From the NCBI RefSeq assembly GCF_001194135.2, contig NC_068983.1, forward strand, positions 111,192,845 through 111,256,844: a stretch of 64,000 bases of DNA, read 5' to 3'. The stretch's first letter is position 1; every line of letters starts with the position of its first letter. Of the stretch, positions 41,421 through 54,603 are shown piece by piece. The notes beneath the pieces are model-generated. The model worked only from the letters and a program-made list of their open reading frames with translations, had not been told where the DNA came from and ran no database searches. The DNA is from Octopus bimaculoides. Its lineage: Eukaryota. A program made the translations under genes and the position numbers.

Positions 41421-41599
41421 ACGCTATTCGACGGCATGGGCATACCTCTGTAGGAGCCGAGCAGCCCCACTGTTTTTCCGTTGTTGAGTTTTGCTCTTGT
41501 CAGCGTCTCCTAGTTCCTCATACTATTGTCGATTGCAACGATGTGCTTGATGTCCAAAACTATCACAGTAACGATAGTTATTGCGTATGCTGGCACTGT

Positions 41600-43500
41600 T
41601 CTTCTACTTCGTAGTTCACGCGAATGTCCTTCCAGTTTTGGTTTTAGTATTGGTAAATACAGAAAAGACAAGAAGGGATAAACCTGACGAGCTGTGCATA
41701 TGACATTAGATAGTTTTGATTGAAAAGCACTCACACAAACCATTGAGCAGTTGTCTCGTGCATTCTGGTGATTCAACTGTAAAATATGGCACTGAGTCCG
41801 ACAGCTGCCAACCATTCGTGGTCGAATCAACGGAAGACTTTCGGTAGCTCTACATTTATTAGTGCCCTGTCGATGCCAGATTTCTTACCCACCCTCTGTA
41901 TGGTGTTTCACATGAGGTAGATGTTTTTGTGGATAAATCTCTTTGCGGAAACGCATGTTTGTGCATAACTAATCAGACCATTGACAAATGCTAACCTCTT
42001 GCAAGCACCTTAACCAAAACCTTGAAACTTTCGATCAGGATATTTACGGGACTAAATTTGTCTAAGTGATCCTCCTTCTTAAAGCCTTTCTCATTAATGC
42101 CACTGCTACTCGACTTACTGGACTAGTGTTTCTTCTATTCTGCTGCCACTTGCAGTAGACTTTGGTTAAAACGTCTCCAAACAAGTCTGGCATGTAAAAG
42201 TATAGCTTGTAGGGCAGTCGACACCAGGTTATTTTTTCATCGTACAACTGACCACTTCTATCCGAAATTCTGCAGCTGTTATATGACTTTTTACAACAGT
42301 ACGCTTACCTTCCTGAGCAGTATGACAGGCCTTCGAGGTAGATGTTGACGTCTATTTTGAGATGTGGGCCGTCACTCGTCCTGAACAGCTGGGCGAAATG
42401 CTGCAGAAAAGAGTAACAAATCCCGGGTTCGAGTACCAGGCTACCATCATGGCCTGTCAAAGATCAATCTGTGGATGTGTTGACATATTGTACTTCTACC
42501 ACTATGAGAGCTTTCGTTCCCTCGTGACTTAGAGCGCACACCTTAGCTATAACGACACAGATTCCATGCATAGTGTTGGAAAATCAGTCAAGGACCAATC
42601 TCGCCACTTGCACGTCGGTTGCGATGCCTTTCCTTAGTGCCTTTTCTAAATTTCTAGTAAGGTCTACTTCTATTCTATTTTGTAGCTATTTTCTAATTGA
42701 ACTTTAATGATTCTACTTTAATTGCATTTTTCAGTGTGTGCCACCATTTTTTGCTACTGTCAACACCTATCAATTATTTCGCTACTCCAGTCCCCGTAAG
42801 CTTGGTGTGCCACGAGAAATGCGTTCAAATTCCAGTAATCCGGTCCCAGTCTATGCAACCTGTGTAGGCTGTTTTAGCTAATGATAAATCAGTGGTCTGT
42901 GTAACCGATGATTTTAAACCGTGGATAATCTACCTTATAATAGTCTACTGGTCTAAAGATTAGTCTGTCTAGATACGACGTGGATGATCCAGTGCGGTTT
43001 CCTATGCTTTAATTTGGCACATTCGGAAAATCTAGTCGGTACCTTCCAAACAGTTAGAAATATCTGAGCTGCTTTGTAAGGCTTTTGTATTCACCTTCTT
43101 TTATTGGCTAGCTCCTCACAATCCAAAAGTGCATCCAAGATAGTTTTCCAGTTGGCGGATAGCCCTATAGAGTATGACGTTTTCAGGAGAACCTTCAGAC
43201 GTCTAAAGAAATTCGGCTGTCGTGGCCCTGTCGGAGCATAAACAGCTACTAGTCCATGACAACAAAATTAACCTCAAGATTCGTATTTTGAAACCTTTCC
43301 GAAACGACAAAGCAACTCCATCTCCCAATGCCAGTCAGTTTGGAAATAAGTAGATCTCGTGGGTACGAATTATGATTAATCAAAAACTGCTGTATCACTG
43401 AAGCCATCACATGTATGTTATGTAGTCTGGAGTCGTCTACTTACAAGACGACCCCATTTACATGTATCTATACTACCTATTCTGGGGAGAGGCCATTTGG
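41600..43500 (+). mobile_element. Very degraded Tx1/L1-like LINE ORF2
   Basis: IRGRINGRLS...RQG.PL-like traces near 41810-41900; extent uncertain. Confidence 0.35.
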
Positions 43501-44709
43501 TGGGAAGAGGGATAGATGCACCGTCCACATTAGTTAAATGTGGGTGTTCCCATAAGTAGTTCCTTATAAAGTCTTTTGCAGATGTAGTTTTTGAAGTCCC
43601 CTTTTCTATCGGGGTATTTGTTTTATATGGCGTTGTGTATATTTTATGTTGTTTTAATGAGGTTTATGTGTATCGGTGTGATGAAATCACTCTGAGAGAT
43701 GTCTGTACATTGATGTATGTGTTCTATCAGTGCCTTTCAGTTCGTCTTTATGGCAGTGAAGTTTATATTTATTTCTTGCTATTGTTTTTGCCTTTTTATG
43801 TATGATGGGATTTGATGGCCTTTGTGCTGTTGGCTGTATCTGTTTTGATCGTGATTATTTCAATTTTGTGGGGTTGGCGATTCCGTCACCTATATTTTCC
43901 CCAATTAATACCGTATTTCTTCTTCTCTTTCTTAGCCGTTTCGTCAATTCCGTTAGGTTTGTATTCATATTTCGGGAATACAACTTTTGTAGTATTATTG
44001 TATTTCGAGAATACAACTTTTCATCGACGATTTCCAATCTCCTTGTTATTTGGGGGGTTTTTTTCTCTCTTTTCTCTGACAGTTTCCATTTCATTTAGCT
44101 GGAATTACTGTTCCGTGCCTATGGCCAATTCTACACTGGAAGTGGACTTTTAGGTTTTCGGTGCTCTGCTGTGTCGGTTCCTGGTGTACATCATACTTAC
44201 GATGAAGTAACGATGTTGCGATGGCAACAGAAGCCGTTATCTTCCCGCCTATCACACTTCAGAGAATTATATGTTGACTCTACTGTCTGTCCTGTCACTA
44301 CACTCCTCGTCTTTACTTTTACCCTTCTAGAAAGAATACATTGAAGTGCTTTCGTACGTTTATTTCTTCTGTGTATAGTAAAATGGCATTCTGGCATCCA
44401 CCAACTTTTTGATTGTACTTCGGTCCACAAATACTCTAGTGGTCTATGGCAGTTATTATTACCTGAAAATTCATGCACTGATCTCATTAGGGATCTCATA
44501 ATGTTGTTAATGAATTCTGCGTTCATCTCTGACTCGCACAGTGGAGATAAGGTGACAAGTGTCTACATCAGCATCAATGCTCCTGGATATGTTCATCATA
44601 TTTTTTGCCCATATACTGCGACACTAGCATCTGGCCTATATGTAGCTTTCTTGTCCTGCCTCCCTTCTCATCTTATCCGCAGTTTTAAATATTAGACATT
44701 ATTCTACTT

Positions 44710-44871
44710 CAGTTCTATACTTAAGAGATGAGGAATTATGTACATTATTTACATTATTTACATCTTGTTTGTTGCTAACATAACGTTTCAGCTGATATAC
44801 CTTCTAGCCTTCATCAGGTGTCTTGGGGAAATTTCGAACTTGGGTTCTCATTCCTAAAGTATTTTTCGATG

Positions 44872-44946
<75 letters not shown>

Positions 44947-45014
44947 TCACTGCTTGGAATCGAATTCGGAATCTTGGGGTTAGTAGTCCGCGCTCTTAAC
45001 CTCTATGCCATATG
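44710..45014 (-). mobile_element. Composite SINE-like element, copy A: tRNA-like head, (AAT)n, hammerhead motif, tail
   Basis: Head 44941-45014 (TGGCATAGAGG; ATTCGATTCC), (AAT)~22, shared linker, hammerhead-like 44777-44822, tail AATTCCTCATCTCTTAAGTATAGAACTG. Confidence 0.85.
44777..44822 (-). ncRNA. Minimal type-I hammerhead ribozyme motif, partly decayed
   Basis: GACAC-CUGAUGA-A-GGCUAGAAGGUAUAUCAGCU-GAAAC-GUU-AUGUU. Core intact, but G10.1-U11.1 wobble, one stem II mismatch and an A-C mismatch at the base of stem I. Confidence 0.65.
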
Positions 45015-45774
45015 CCCGTCAAATGTAAATAATGTAAATATTATTCTACTTGCCATGTCCCAATTCAAAGTACATGTGCTTCATGCATTGATCGCGGCTC
45101 CTGATTTCTCTTTCTATGATATATGGAACTCTAGGTCAAGAAACTAAGCTTTCATACTTGCAACATATCTTGTTCATGTTTTTTCCATACGCAGATTGCT
45201 CATACCCAGTATATTCCTATCCTGATAATAATGGCAAAAATGCTTTTGTAGTCGTCCTTTTTGATGGTGACGATTTAGTTACCGTTTCTACTCCTTTTAT
45301 TATTTAAATTAAAGTTTTCAACACTTTTTCGTTTTTAATATGCAGCTATAATTGTGCTTGATTCTGTTTGGTTTGTTTTGCTGTCATATTTGTCTAAGGT
45401 GTTTTAAAGCGGTTTCATTCATCTTTTGTTTTTAAATTAGGAAATGTTAAATGTTTTCACTATTGAGGCAACTACAACTTTTTCTGATGAGTATCTTCTG
45501 CAAGCATTAATGTGCCTTTAAGTATAAACAACAATGCAAATGGGCACTTTCCAGAAATCGCTTTGAAAGAAAATAAAACAAACGACCAGCATTTCATGAA
45601 CTGCATATGAGGCATACATTAATTAATCCAAAAGGTTTTTGTTAACATTCTAAAGTGGAAAGAACATGCACCAAAAAATTTGTCAATCGAGAATTCCCTT
45701 AAAAATCCTTTTTTAATAGGTACTCTGCAAAAGACTCCTTTCATTTCCACAACAGATAATAATAATAAAAAAGA

Positions 45775-45776
45775 AA

Positions 45777-45853
<77 letters not shown>

Positions 45854-45880
45854 TTATAATAATCATAATAATAATAACAG
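45775..45880. repeat. (AAT)n microsatellite
   Basis: Directly visible. Confidence 0.97.
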
Positions 45881-46979
45881 GAAATATTAACTGAAAGCGA
45901 ATATGAAGAAGATTTAATAATAGAAAATCCTTAAGTTTAATATCATAAACAAGGCGATTTAAATGCGGAAATAATTAAAGAATTTAAAACAATAGATCCT
46001 ATGGATCTTACGAAAGCACTTACAAAGAATATTGGTGAACGATAAGATAGTAAACACAATAAAAATGCAAACTTGGCCAGCAAAGTTTTAATGAATACAA
46101 ACAAGTATTTCAATATCACTAGATATTGAAACAAAATATATGCTGCAGCAGCCACCGTTCTAACAAGGAATATTGGGTACTGGTGCAGATCTTCTCACAT
46201 ACGAATTTCATTCAAGAAAACCACATAGAAAACATATATTCAGGAAACGATAGAAAATGAACGAAAAAGATCTCTGAATCCTAAATGAAATTAATAGTTA
46301 AATGACACGACTGAGAAAAAAGATAACACAAATACTTCTGAACAAAACAGCAAATAGAGATCTGAGATCAAAGAACGCTTAAAAGCAAATACTGAAAAAG
46401 AGATTCTTTGTTTTATCTCCTATAATTATCCAACGAATTACGAGTACCATAAAATTTTCAACAGAAATTAGATTAAGGTGAGCTAATCTCTTTGTAAAAA
46501 CTGATAGTTCCATCAGAAATTACAATGGCAAACGGATCTTTCATCCAATTAATTGAAATCTTCCATCTATCTGTAACTGTCATTCGGGAAAAATTGTCCT
46601 TTGCATCGTAATTCTATAGCAAAGTCATTCCTATATTGCAATAAGATACACCTGGACTACAATTCTAAACTAAAATATTACATTGAATTGACTTGATAAA
46701 TCTTGTATTTATCCAGGCACGCTTTTTGCCTTTCTTACCTCTACAAAAAGGCTTTGTCAAAATATATTTGGCATTTGTTAGTGTTTGTATATATAGAAAC
46801 GTGTGTGTATGCAGCGTTATTCTTAATGAAGGTACATCAGTATTACTAAAGCATTATTTGATTTCTCTTGAAAAGTTAATTTTCATGTGAGGAATATAAA
46901 TGTTTTCCACTACATTTATAGTAGTTCGGTTATCAGTGAATGCACCGTCATAAAAATAACTACTCATTATGGTTAGTAT

Positions 46980-47720
46980 ATTTCAGTATTTACTTGTGTA
47001 TATGGCAGTTATCAAATTCAGCGTATTAAATAAAGATAGAGGTTTAAGTGAATATGAAAAGAGATTTATTTCACTTGAAACTATTATATTGTAACGTATT
47101 ATAGCATCTATAGTTTTGATATTGTTACCGTTGTACTTCAGAATAATATCACTTTTGCAAAGTGGCTCTGCACTCATTATGCCAGCAATTTCATGTATTG
47201 AGACGACGTACATTTTCTCTCGATTGAATTATGCATTCGTCAATGAGAATTTGAAATAAAGTTTGGACTTGGTAGCGATTGAAACTACATTTTTGAAAGT
47301 GAAGTAATATCAACTGCCATAACTGAAGGAACTTCTTTCCATTCCCCATGTATGTATGGTTGGGATCTAACTTCTGCTTGTCTTGTTCTTTGGGCTTTCT
47401 ATCTGAAGTTCTGCTGTTGTGCCGCGTGTCTGGCAGCAATTTGCTGAAGGTGAGTTTGCTCGTCATCAGGCGTCTCCAGTTATCTAGTGACAGCTTATCA
47501 CGTAACATTCTTCTGTCTACGGCGATTGTCACATTCACTATTAGTTTCAAGTTTTCTGCGTGCTGCATTCCTGGCAGCATTAGCTTATAGTCTCTCTATA
47601 CATTGTTTATTTGTTTCTACTGCATTCAGTGCACACTTATGTTCGGCAGCAGATGTTGTATGTGGGGCACATTTTTTCTGTGACATTGTTGATGGACACA
47701 AATTATTTAAAAAATCAATT
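46980..47720 (-). mobile_element. Probable Helitron Rep-helicase N-terminal remnant
   Basis: ANAARNAARRKLET...RRRQKNV...R*LETPDDEQTHLQQIAARHAAQ resembles the R..ET.E...RL...R repeats of animal Helitrons; HEIAGIM...KSDIILKYNG...I resembles the EVAA...RDI(I/V)L...L..I motif upstream of Rep. Confidence 0.55.
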
Positions 47721-48239
47721 TAAGCGAGTGTCTTTTGCTGCAATACCAGAAAATAGAACCGTGAAGAAGCTACACGAACATTGATAGTCTAGAACGAAAT
47801 TATTATTGTCCGGTACTGACTTATGACTATAATTTCAAGAGAAATTATGAAAATATGATTTCAAGTCGTAAGAGGGAAAAAGATGGATAGATAAAAAGAG
47901 AAAAGTTATCTATAGAGAGGATGAGAGAAAGAGCATCCGTATGAATTAAATGTTATTGAAGAGAAGTAAGTAAAGCTATAAAGGAAAAAGAAGGGAAAAT
48001 AAAAAGAGAAACACATATTGGGAGAGACTGACAATACAAAATTTAGAGAGTTGTTGTAAAAGTTAGGAACAGAAAGAGAAAGAGGAGCAGGTAGGAAACA
48101 AAAGATGGCGATAGAATGAGAGAGAGAAGGGAAGGAGAGAGGAGGGTAGGAAAGAAAGAGACCGGCAGAGACAGAGACAGAGAAAGCATATTTTTATTCT
48201 TACATAAGATGAGGGAGAAAACTTTTAGATATATCATCA

Positions 48240-48640
48240 TCATCGCTTTACGATTAACTTTTCCTCGCTTCCATGGATCGTACGAAGTTTAACGAGGCAG
48301 ATTTTCTACAGCCAGATGCCTTTTTTGTGGGCAAATATTACCTGATTCTAAGCTAGATGATATTTCCCTGTGTTTAGGCATGTTTTTACAGAATATTGGA
48401 AATGAATAACATCTATTTACAACAAGTTCTTGATGTCAGGGCAAGAAGACACAACGATACACACACAACAACAAACAAACAAGCACACACACACAATAGG
48501 CTTCTTTCATTTCTCCACACAAGGCTTAAGTCGGCCACGTTTTGTAGTAGATGAAACTTACACAATGTAGCACGCAGTAAGGCTGAACGGAAAAACCATA
48601 TGATTGGGAAGCATACTTTTTAACCACACAGCCACACCTG
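48240..48640 (-). mobile_element. tRNA-derived SINE with (ATG)n tail
   Basis: Reverse complement starts TGGCTGTGTGGTTAAAAAGTATGCTTCCCAATCATATGGT; related to the head of 56875-57048. Confidence 0.7.
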
Positions 48641-50065
48641 TTCAGCTTATATATGTATATATATATATGTTAAAAATCCTCTATTTACATAATATCGAGG
48701 TCTCTTTGTTTTGTTGTCCTTTCTATCAATGTTTCATAAATATTTATATATTTATGAAAAACAAGAACGAAAATGGTACTTTCTTAAAATTGAGTACATT
48801 TTAATTTTCCTTTTACATGTTTCAGTTTTTGAAAAACCTTACAAAAAATATGTATTAAAATGGAACGATAAAAAAAAAAAAACTATTAAGAAAATTAAGT
48901 TGAAATTAAAGTTAAGATTAACATTCTGAGAGCGGTAATTTGAGCAAACTGTTATTTCCCAGACATAATCTAGTTGACATTTTATGAATTTTAAAAATAC
49001 TTTTATTTTGACCGCTGTGATTTCTTTTCCTTTTCTTCAAACGGGAAAATATAGCCTGAACAAAGAAAACGAGCGTTCACCCTTCTCTACACATATAATG
49101 ATTTAAATTACAAATCGTCAGTCGTCGCCCAATCCGAAACCAAACAACAAATCTAATGTAGATAATATGGATCGTTTACTTGCCTATCGTCCTCATCCCC
49201 AACACAACATCCACCCCAAAACATAACAATATATCAACAATACCATTACAACACATTCACCAGTTTAAGCTCCTGACCTCTCCCACGAACATCACGCAAC
49301 CACTCCTAACGACTATATCAAAAATTCTATATCAGACATTTACGCTACAGTGACTCAAGTGTATATACAAACGCTAATATGCAGCCTAACATAAACCCCA
49401 CTACGATTATTACAACTGGAATAACTTGCTAACCCTATAATGCCACGTACGTTTTATGCATTACTTTGAACTATAGAATTACATCCTCACACTTACAGGC
49501 TATTCGTTAGCTCCACTGCGCTAGAACGAAGGAAATCACTTCATATTCAAAACTTTTTGCTTTACAAATTTTCCCTTTGCATTATTATGCACAGACTCTT
49601 GAATTTTACATTGAAAAACTTCAATGCAAAAAATCTTTTCTCTTTATTTCACATAAAATTCTTGTAAACTTACATATACGTATTTGCAATTTAAAATAAA
49701 TTGGTCTGGGTGTAACCTTAAAACCTGCCATCTTACTCTCTCCAACCCGCTGTACATACATACACAAGCATATTTGCATACGCACGTATTTTGCATATAA
49801 CACTGTATATCCTAACCAAAAGTATTTCCATACCACATTGAAATAATAATGTTACCATTTTCTTACTTACCATCTAAATCTTATTCAGTCATACTACAAT
49901 AATCAAATGGGTAGCAGGATAGCAACGCAACAACAAAAGCTACATTTAAAAATAAGGAAGTATACAAATTTATGAATTTCCATTTAAACTTACTTAGGCA
50001 CACATCTAAGAGGAAATATTTCACCCGATCGCTTATAATATAGACACAGTACACACGCACACGCG

Positions 50066-50097
<32 letters not shown>

Positions 50098-50639
50098 CAC
50101 ATGCACACACACACACACGCACACACACACGCACACTTACATGCACACACAGAAACACNNNNNNNNNNNNNNNNNNNNNNNNNNNNNNNNNNNNNNNNNN
50201 NNNNNNNNNNNNNNNNNNNNNNNNNNNNNNNNNNNNNNNNNNNNNNNNNNNNNNNNNNNNNNNNNNNNNNNNNNNNNNNNNNNNNNNNNNNNNNNNNNNN
50301 NNNNNNNNNNNNNNNNNNNNNNNNNNNNNNNNNNNNNNNNNNNNNNNNNNNNNNNNNNNNNNNNNNNNNNNNNNNNNNNNNNNNNNNNNNNNNNNNNNNN
50401 NNNNNNNNNNNNNNNNNNNNNNNNNNNNNNNNNNNNNNNNNNNNNNNNNNNNNNNNNNNNNNNNNNNNNNNNNNNNNNNNNNNNNNNNNNNNNNNNNNNN
50501 NNNNNNNNNNNTACAAGCATTCAAACGGTATATCTTAGGTGACTTAAATATGTTTCTGCTAAGAGTGGCCCAAGCCATGATTAACTTAATAGTACCACCT
50601 GATAAGATCCATTAAGTTATTTTAAAGTCAAGTTTAATA

Positions 50640-53600
50640 GAATCATGGTCTATTCAAGTAGTGAGTTTTGGTTGTCTGAGATGTATCCTGGTAAAGGCAG
50701 CTTAGTTGGTATCTCTTGAAGAAATTTGGCCAAGTTTCGTTTGAAGGTAATGGAATCTTTTTCTTTTATTTGTTTTGGCGTAGTGTTAAATACAGCAGGC
50801 CCTGTTGAGGAAAAGAAATTGCATCGCAGTGAATTTGTGTGTTGTAAGCCTAAATTGTGTATGAGAAGGGGTGGACGTGGCTCCAGCCTTTAATGAATTC
50901 TGAGTCTGATGTTGAGGTCGTTTGGGCAATGCAGTTAGTATATTTTTCACATTATGAAAGTGATGTTGCACTCACGGTGGCGCTACAGAGAATAAAGTTT
51001 CAATGTTTTACGGTGGTCCCCCGTCATTCCTTTTATTTTTTAGCGATTTCTCTCTGGAGTGATTCATTTGCAGTCGTTTTTTGTTGGGATGCGGTGCATA
51101 GGAGGCCGCAGTATGCTAGGTGTAGCCATACAAAGGAGGAAAAAATTTGATGATGACATCTTGCTCTCATAGCGAAAAATTCTGAGGACCCAGGAGTTCA
51201 TCCTGCGAGCCATAGCGACTTTATTGTTGATGTGTGGACTCCAGCCGAGATTGTTATCAACAATTTCTCCTAAGTCTCTAAAATTATCGGATGCTGTGAT
51301 TAGTTTCCCTTGAAGGAAGATAATATGGTTGTTTGACTACATACTTTTTCCCAAAATGGATGGGTTCAAATTTTCCCTCATTTAACCGCGTCTTGCTTTA
51401 GTGCACCCATTGGCTTACAGTATGTATATCAGAATGAAGTTCGGTTCAGTCTTCTTTTCCATTGATAATTTTCTGCAGCTTAGTATCAACTGCGAATGTT
51501 TTGATTTTGCTCTGTTTGATGGCGCTCGAGACGTAGTTTATATAGATTATAAAGAGAAACCAGCCCAAAACAGTCCGCTGGGAACACCATTGATGACTTT
51601 TGTTGGGCTCGAGTGGATTCCACCGATCATAGCATGTTGTGTTTTGTTCACAAGGAAATACTTAATCTAGAGTAGAAGTTTACCACAGATTTCAAGATTG
51701 GACAATTTTGACAGGAGGATATTGGAATTGACTCTGTCGAACGCTTTTTTGAAATCAAGATATATGACATCAGAGTTCGAACCTGAGCGCAGAGCTTTAA
51801 AGACATCATCGATATGATGTAAAAGCTGTTTGGCAATCCCTGCCACGGCGAAAGCCATACTGGCTGGATTTTACAAAGTTGTGGCTCTCCAGAAAACCAG
51901 CCAGTTATCTTTCATTTTACCATCATATCAAACACTTTATTACTATGGAAGGTGAGTGATGTTGAGCGATAATCAACTGCAAGAGATCCGTCTCCCTTTT
52001 TGAAGTCCGTGATGACAGATTAAGACAAAACCTGTTTCGGTATGTAGCCCGAATCTGAAGAATTTCTCCAGAGGTTGGTTAGCGGGGTTGCAATTTGTTG
52101 TCTGCATTCTTTCAGGATACTAGCGTGGAATCTATCAGGGCCTACTGCAGAATATTGCTGCCTATGATGTCTGAGGCAGTAAAAGTTCTATCAGATATAA
52201 TATGTTAGGGGTTGAGTTCGTTCAGATCCCTTGCATCAATATCAGTGACATCACTAAAGACAGAACAATATTGTTTCTGCAGTACTTCTGCCATTTCTTT
52301 AGCATCGTGATGGAGAAAGTTGTAATTGTCTATCAGTGGACCAATGGGAGAGAAGCGGCTCTATGCTTGTTGGCCCACGAAAAGAACCCTATCACGTTCT
52401 GTTTGATTATTTTTGACTACCCAGTTTTCCTCTGCAGCTCTTTGGAAGTCGTTGTAGGTTTTCATGCAGATCAGTAGATGATGTTTTTCATTACAGACTT
52501 TCTTATTACTGTTGAATGTGAATGCTGCTGGTAGTATTTTAATTGGTTGATTATTTTATTTAGTCTTTTGATTTCTTCTGATGAATTTTTTTTTCTCTCT
52601 TTGATGCCTGTTTCTACTAGTGCTTGTGAGTTTCGTAGGAGCATATTTTGAGCATGTACAAGTGATAATGTTATCAAAGCGCTGTCATGTTGTTTCACTA
52701 TCAGAGGAACTGTGTGTGAATACCATTCGATAAGTGACAGATCTTTTCTAATTGCTCCCCAGTCTGCTTTGTGAAAATTCATATTGTCGAACTGAGATGA
52801 GAGTGACTGATTTGGTTTTGGAATGCCGGAAACTAATGTTACAGAGTACCATAACATGATCGGAGAAAAGTGATTTCTTTCTTTTCCAACTGGAATGTTA
52901 TGACTAGTGCTAGAGTGGTTTGTTAGTATCAGGTCTCAGATAGTTTTTGCCTTGTTTTGTCTTGATGGTTCAAGCACAAGTTGGGTTAATTAGCACATTC
53001 AGCTGTTGCTTTGTCTGAGGTAGTTCAATTACCTAACTTCAAAATATTTGCAGACAGTTCATAAAAGGGCGATTAAAATCGTCCATCAACAATATTTTAC
53101 TGGAGTTGTACTTTTGATGAAAGGAGTTGATATTGTTCAGACACTCTTCAAAGCACTATAGAGGTGTTTGGGGAGGCCTGCAGAGACCGACATTGGTTAT
53201 ATCTTTAACTTTGTTGAGTAGCGATATAGGTTTATAATAGCCATTGGAAAATATGTCCTTAGCATCCATAGCAAAAGAAGCAAGAAGGAAAACTACTATT
53301 TCTATCTGTACGGTCTGTACGGATGATGCCGATTTTTTTTTCTTTCCAGCTCGGCATTCATATAATTGTTGTTTAGGTGGGTTCTCCTTAGGATGAAGGA
53401 AGAGATGCAGCGTCATTTCAGCAAGCCAACTCCCTATGTGTAGAATCTGCCATTTTGGGGCATTGAATGATGGATTGATGCCATGTACACTTAGCGGAAA
53501 TATCGAAGCGGAGATTGATTCCTGTTCGTATAGTTCTACATGCCTTGATTTATGTTTTCTGTTGTTCACTGACAACATTGGGGATAGTTTTTGTACGGGG

Positions 53601-54060
53601 CTGTATGTGAGGAGTGATATTCTAGAGGTGGTAAGGGGAAGTGTTTCTCGAGTTTTGGACATACGGCTAGTGACAGTCCGTTGAACATCCAGGCTTAGGC
53701 CGGCTTTCATATTCTCCCGATAAGTCAATAAAAAAGCATTTCCTTTTTGATTAGTCATTTGATCTGTTGATATGTTGTGCTTGTTTACTTTATTTGATGT
53801 TATGGTTTCTCATAGTTCCTTCTGATGGATGGGATTCTTCGCTGCTCTATGTTAAGAGGTGGAATGTGGCTGTGTTTTGCTTTGTTTCAACTCCGTGTTG
53901 CTATTTATTTTTCACTCGTTTTATGCTGTCAGATGGTGGAGGCTGCATTCCAGGTTGAGGAATATCCTAAGAGGCAGAGAATTCTGGAACAGTTTAAGAT
54001 GCAAGAAGGTACATTTATTTCCTTTTGTGCACCCATATTTAGAGATAGGGACATTTATTT
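50640..54060 (-). mobile_element. Near full-length degenerate CR1-clade LINE (ORF1 zinc-finger remnant, AP endonuclease, RT)
   Basis: ORF1-like GCTKGNKCTFLH...NLECSLHH at ~53930-54030; endonuclease (VGLCRPP, ORF 53156..53758); RT DVIYLDFKKAFDRV (ORF 51667..51858), SGVP motif, F(A)xDTKL; 3' FKRNLAKFLQEIP...PGY. Confidence 0.85.
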
Positions 54061-54072
54061 GGAGTAGATATA

Positions 54073-54173
54073 CAGGGTGAGCCAAAAGTAGGTGGACAGT
54101 AAAAAAACATTTATAATATAACTGAAACATAAACCTATTCCAAATACTGTCCACCTACTTTTGGCTCACCCTG
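54073..54173. mobile_element. 101-bp Tc1/mariner MITE with 29-bp perfect TIRs and TA TSD
   Basis: TA|CAGGGTGAGCCAAAAGTAGGTGGACAGTA ... TACTGTCCACCTACTTTTGGCTCACCCTG|TA. Confidence 0.95.
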
Positions 54174-54552
54174 TATGGGCAGTTTCTTTTCCTGTTATAC
54201 CATACGAACAATTATCAACTGTATAATTATATATTTATATATCTTATAATTCTGTTAGAAATGTCACCGGTGAGATCCGGTCAACTATATAAGAGATGCC
54301 ATTAATCTTACGGTTCCTAATTTTTTCTTTCTTTTTGTTATTTAACTAGCACTTTTGTTTGTAACATCGACAGTCACACGAAATCTTGTTTGTATTCTTG
54401 TCTAACCCGAAAGCGGAGTTACCAACATACTTAAACTACTATTGAACAATCGCGAAATATTTCAATAAAATCTATTTTATCTTATCATACATACTTACAC
54501 ACACGCACACACGCACACACACACGCACAGACACACACACACACACACACAT

Positions 54553-54603
<51 letters not shown>

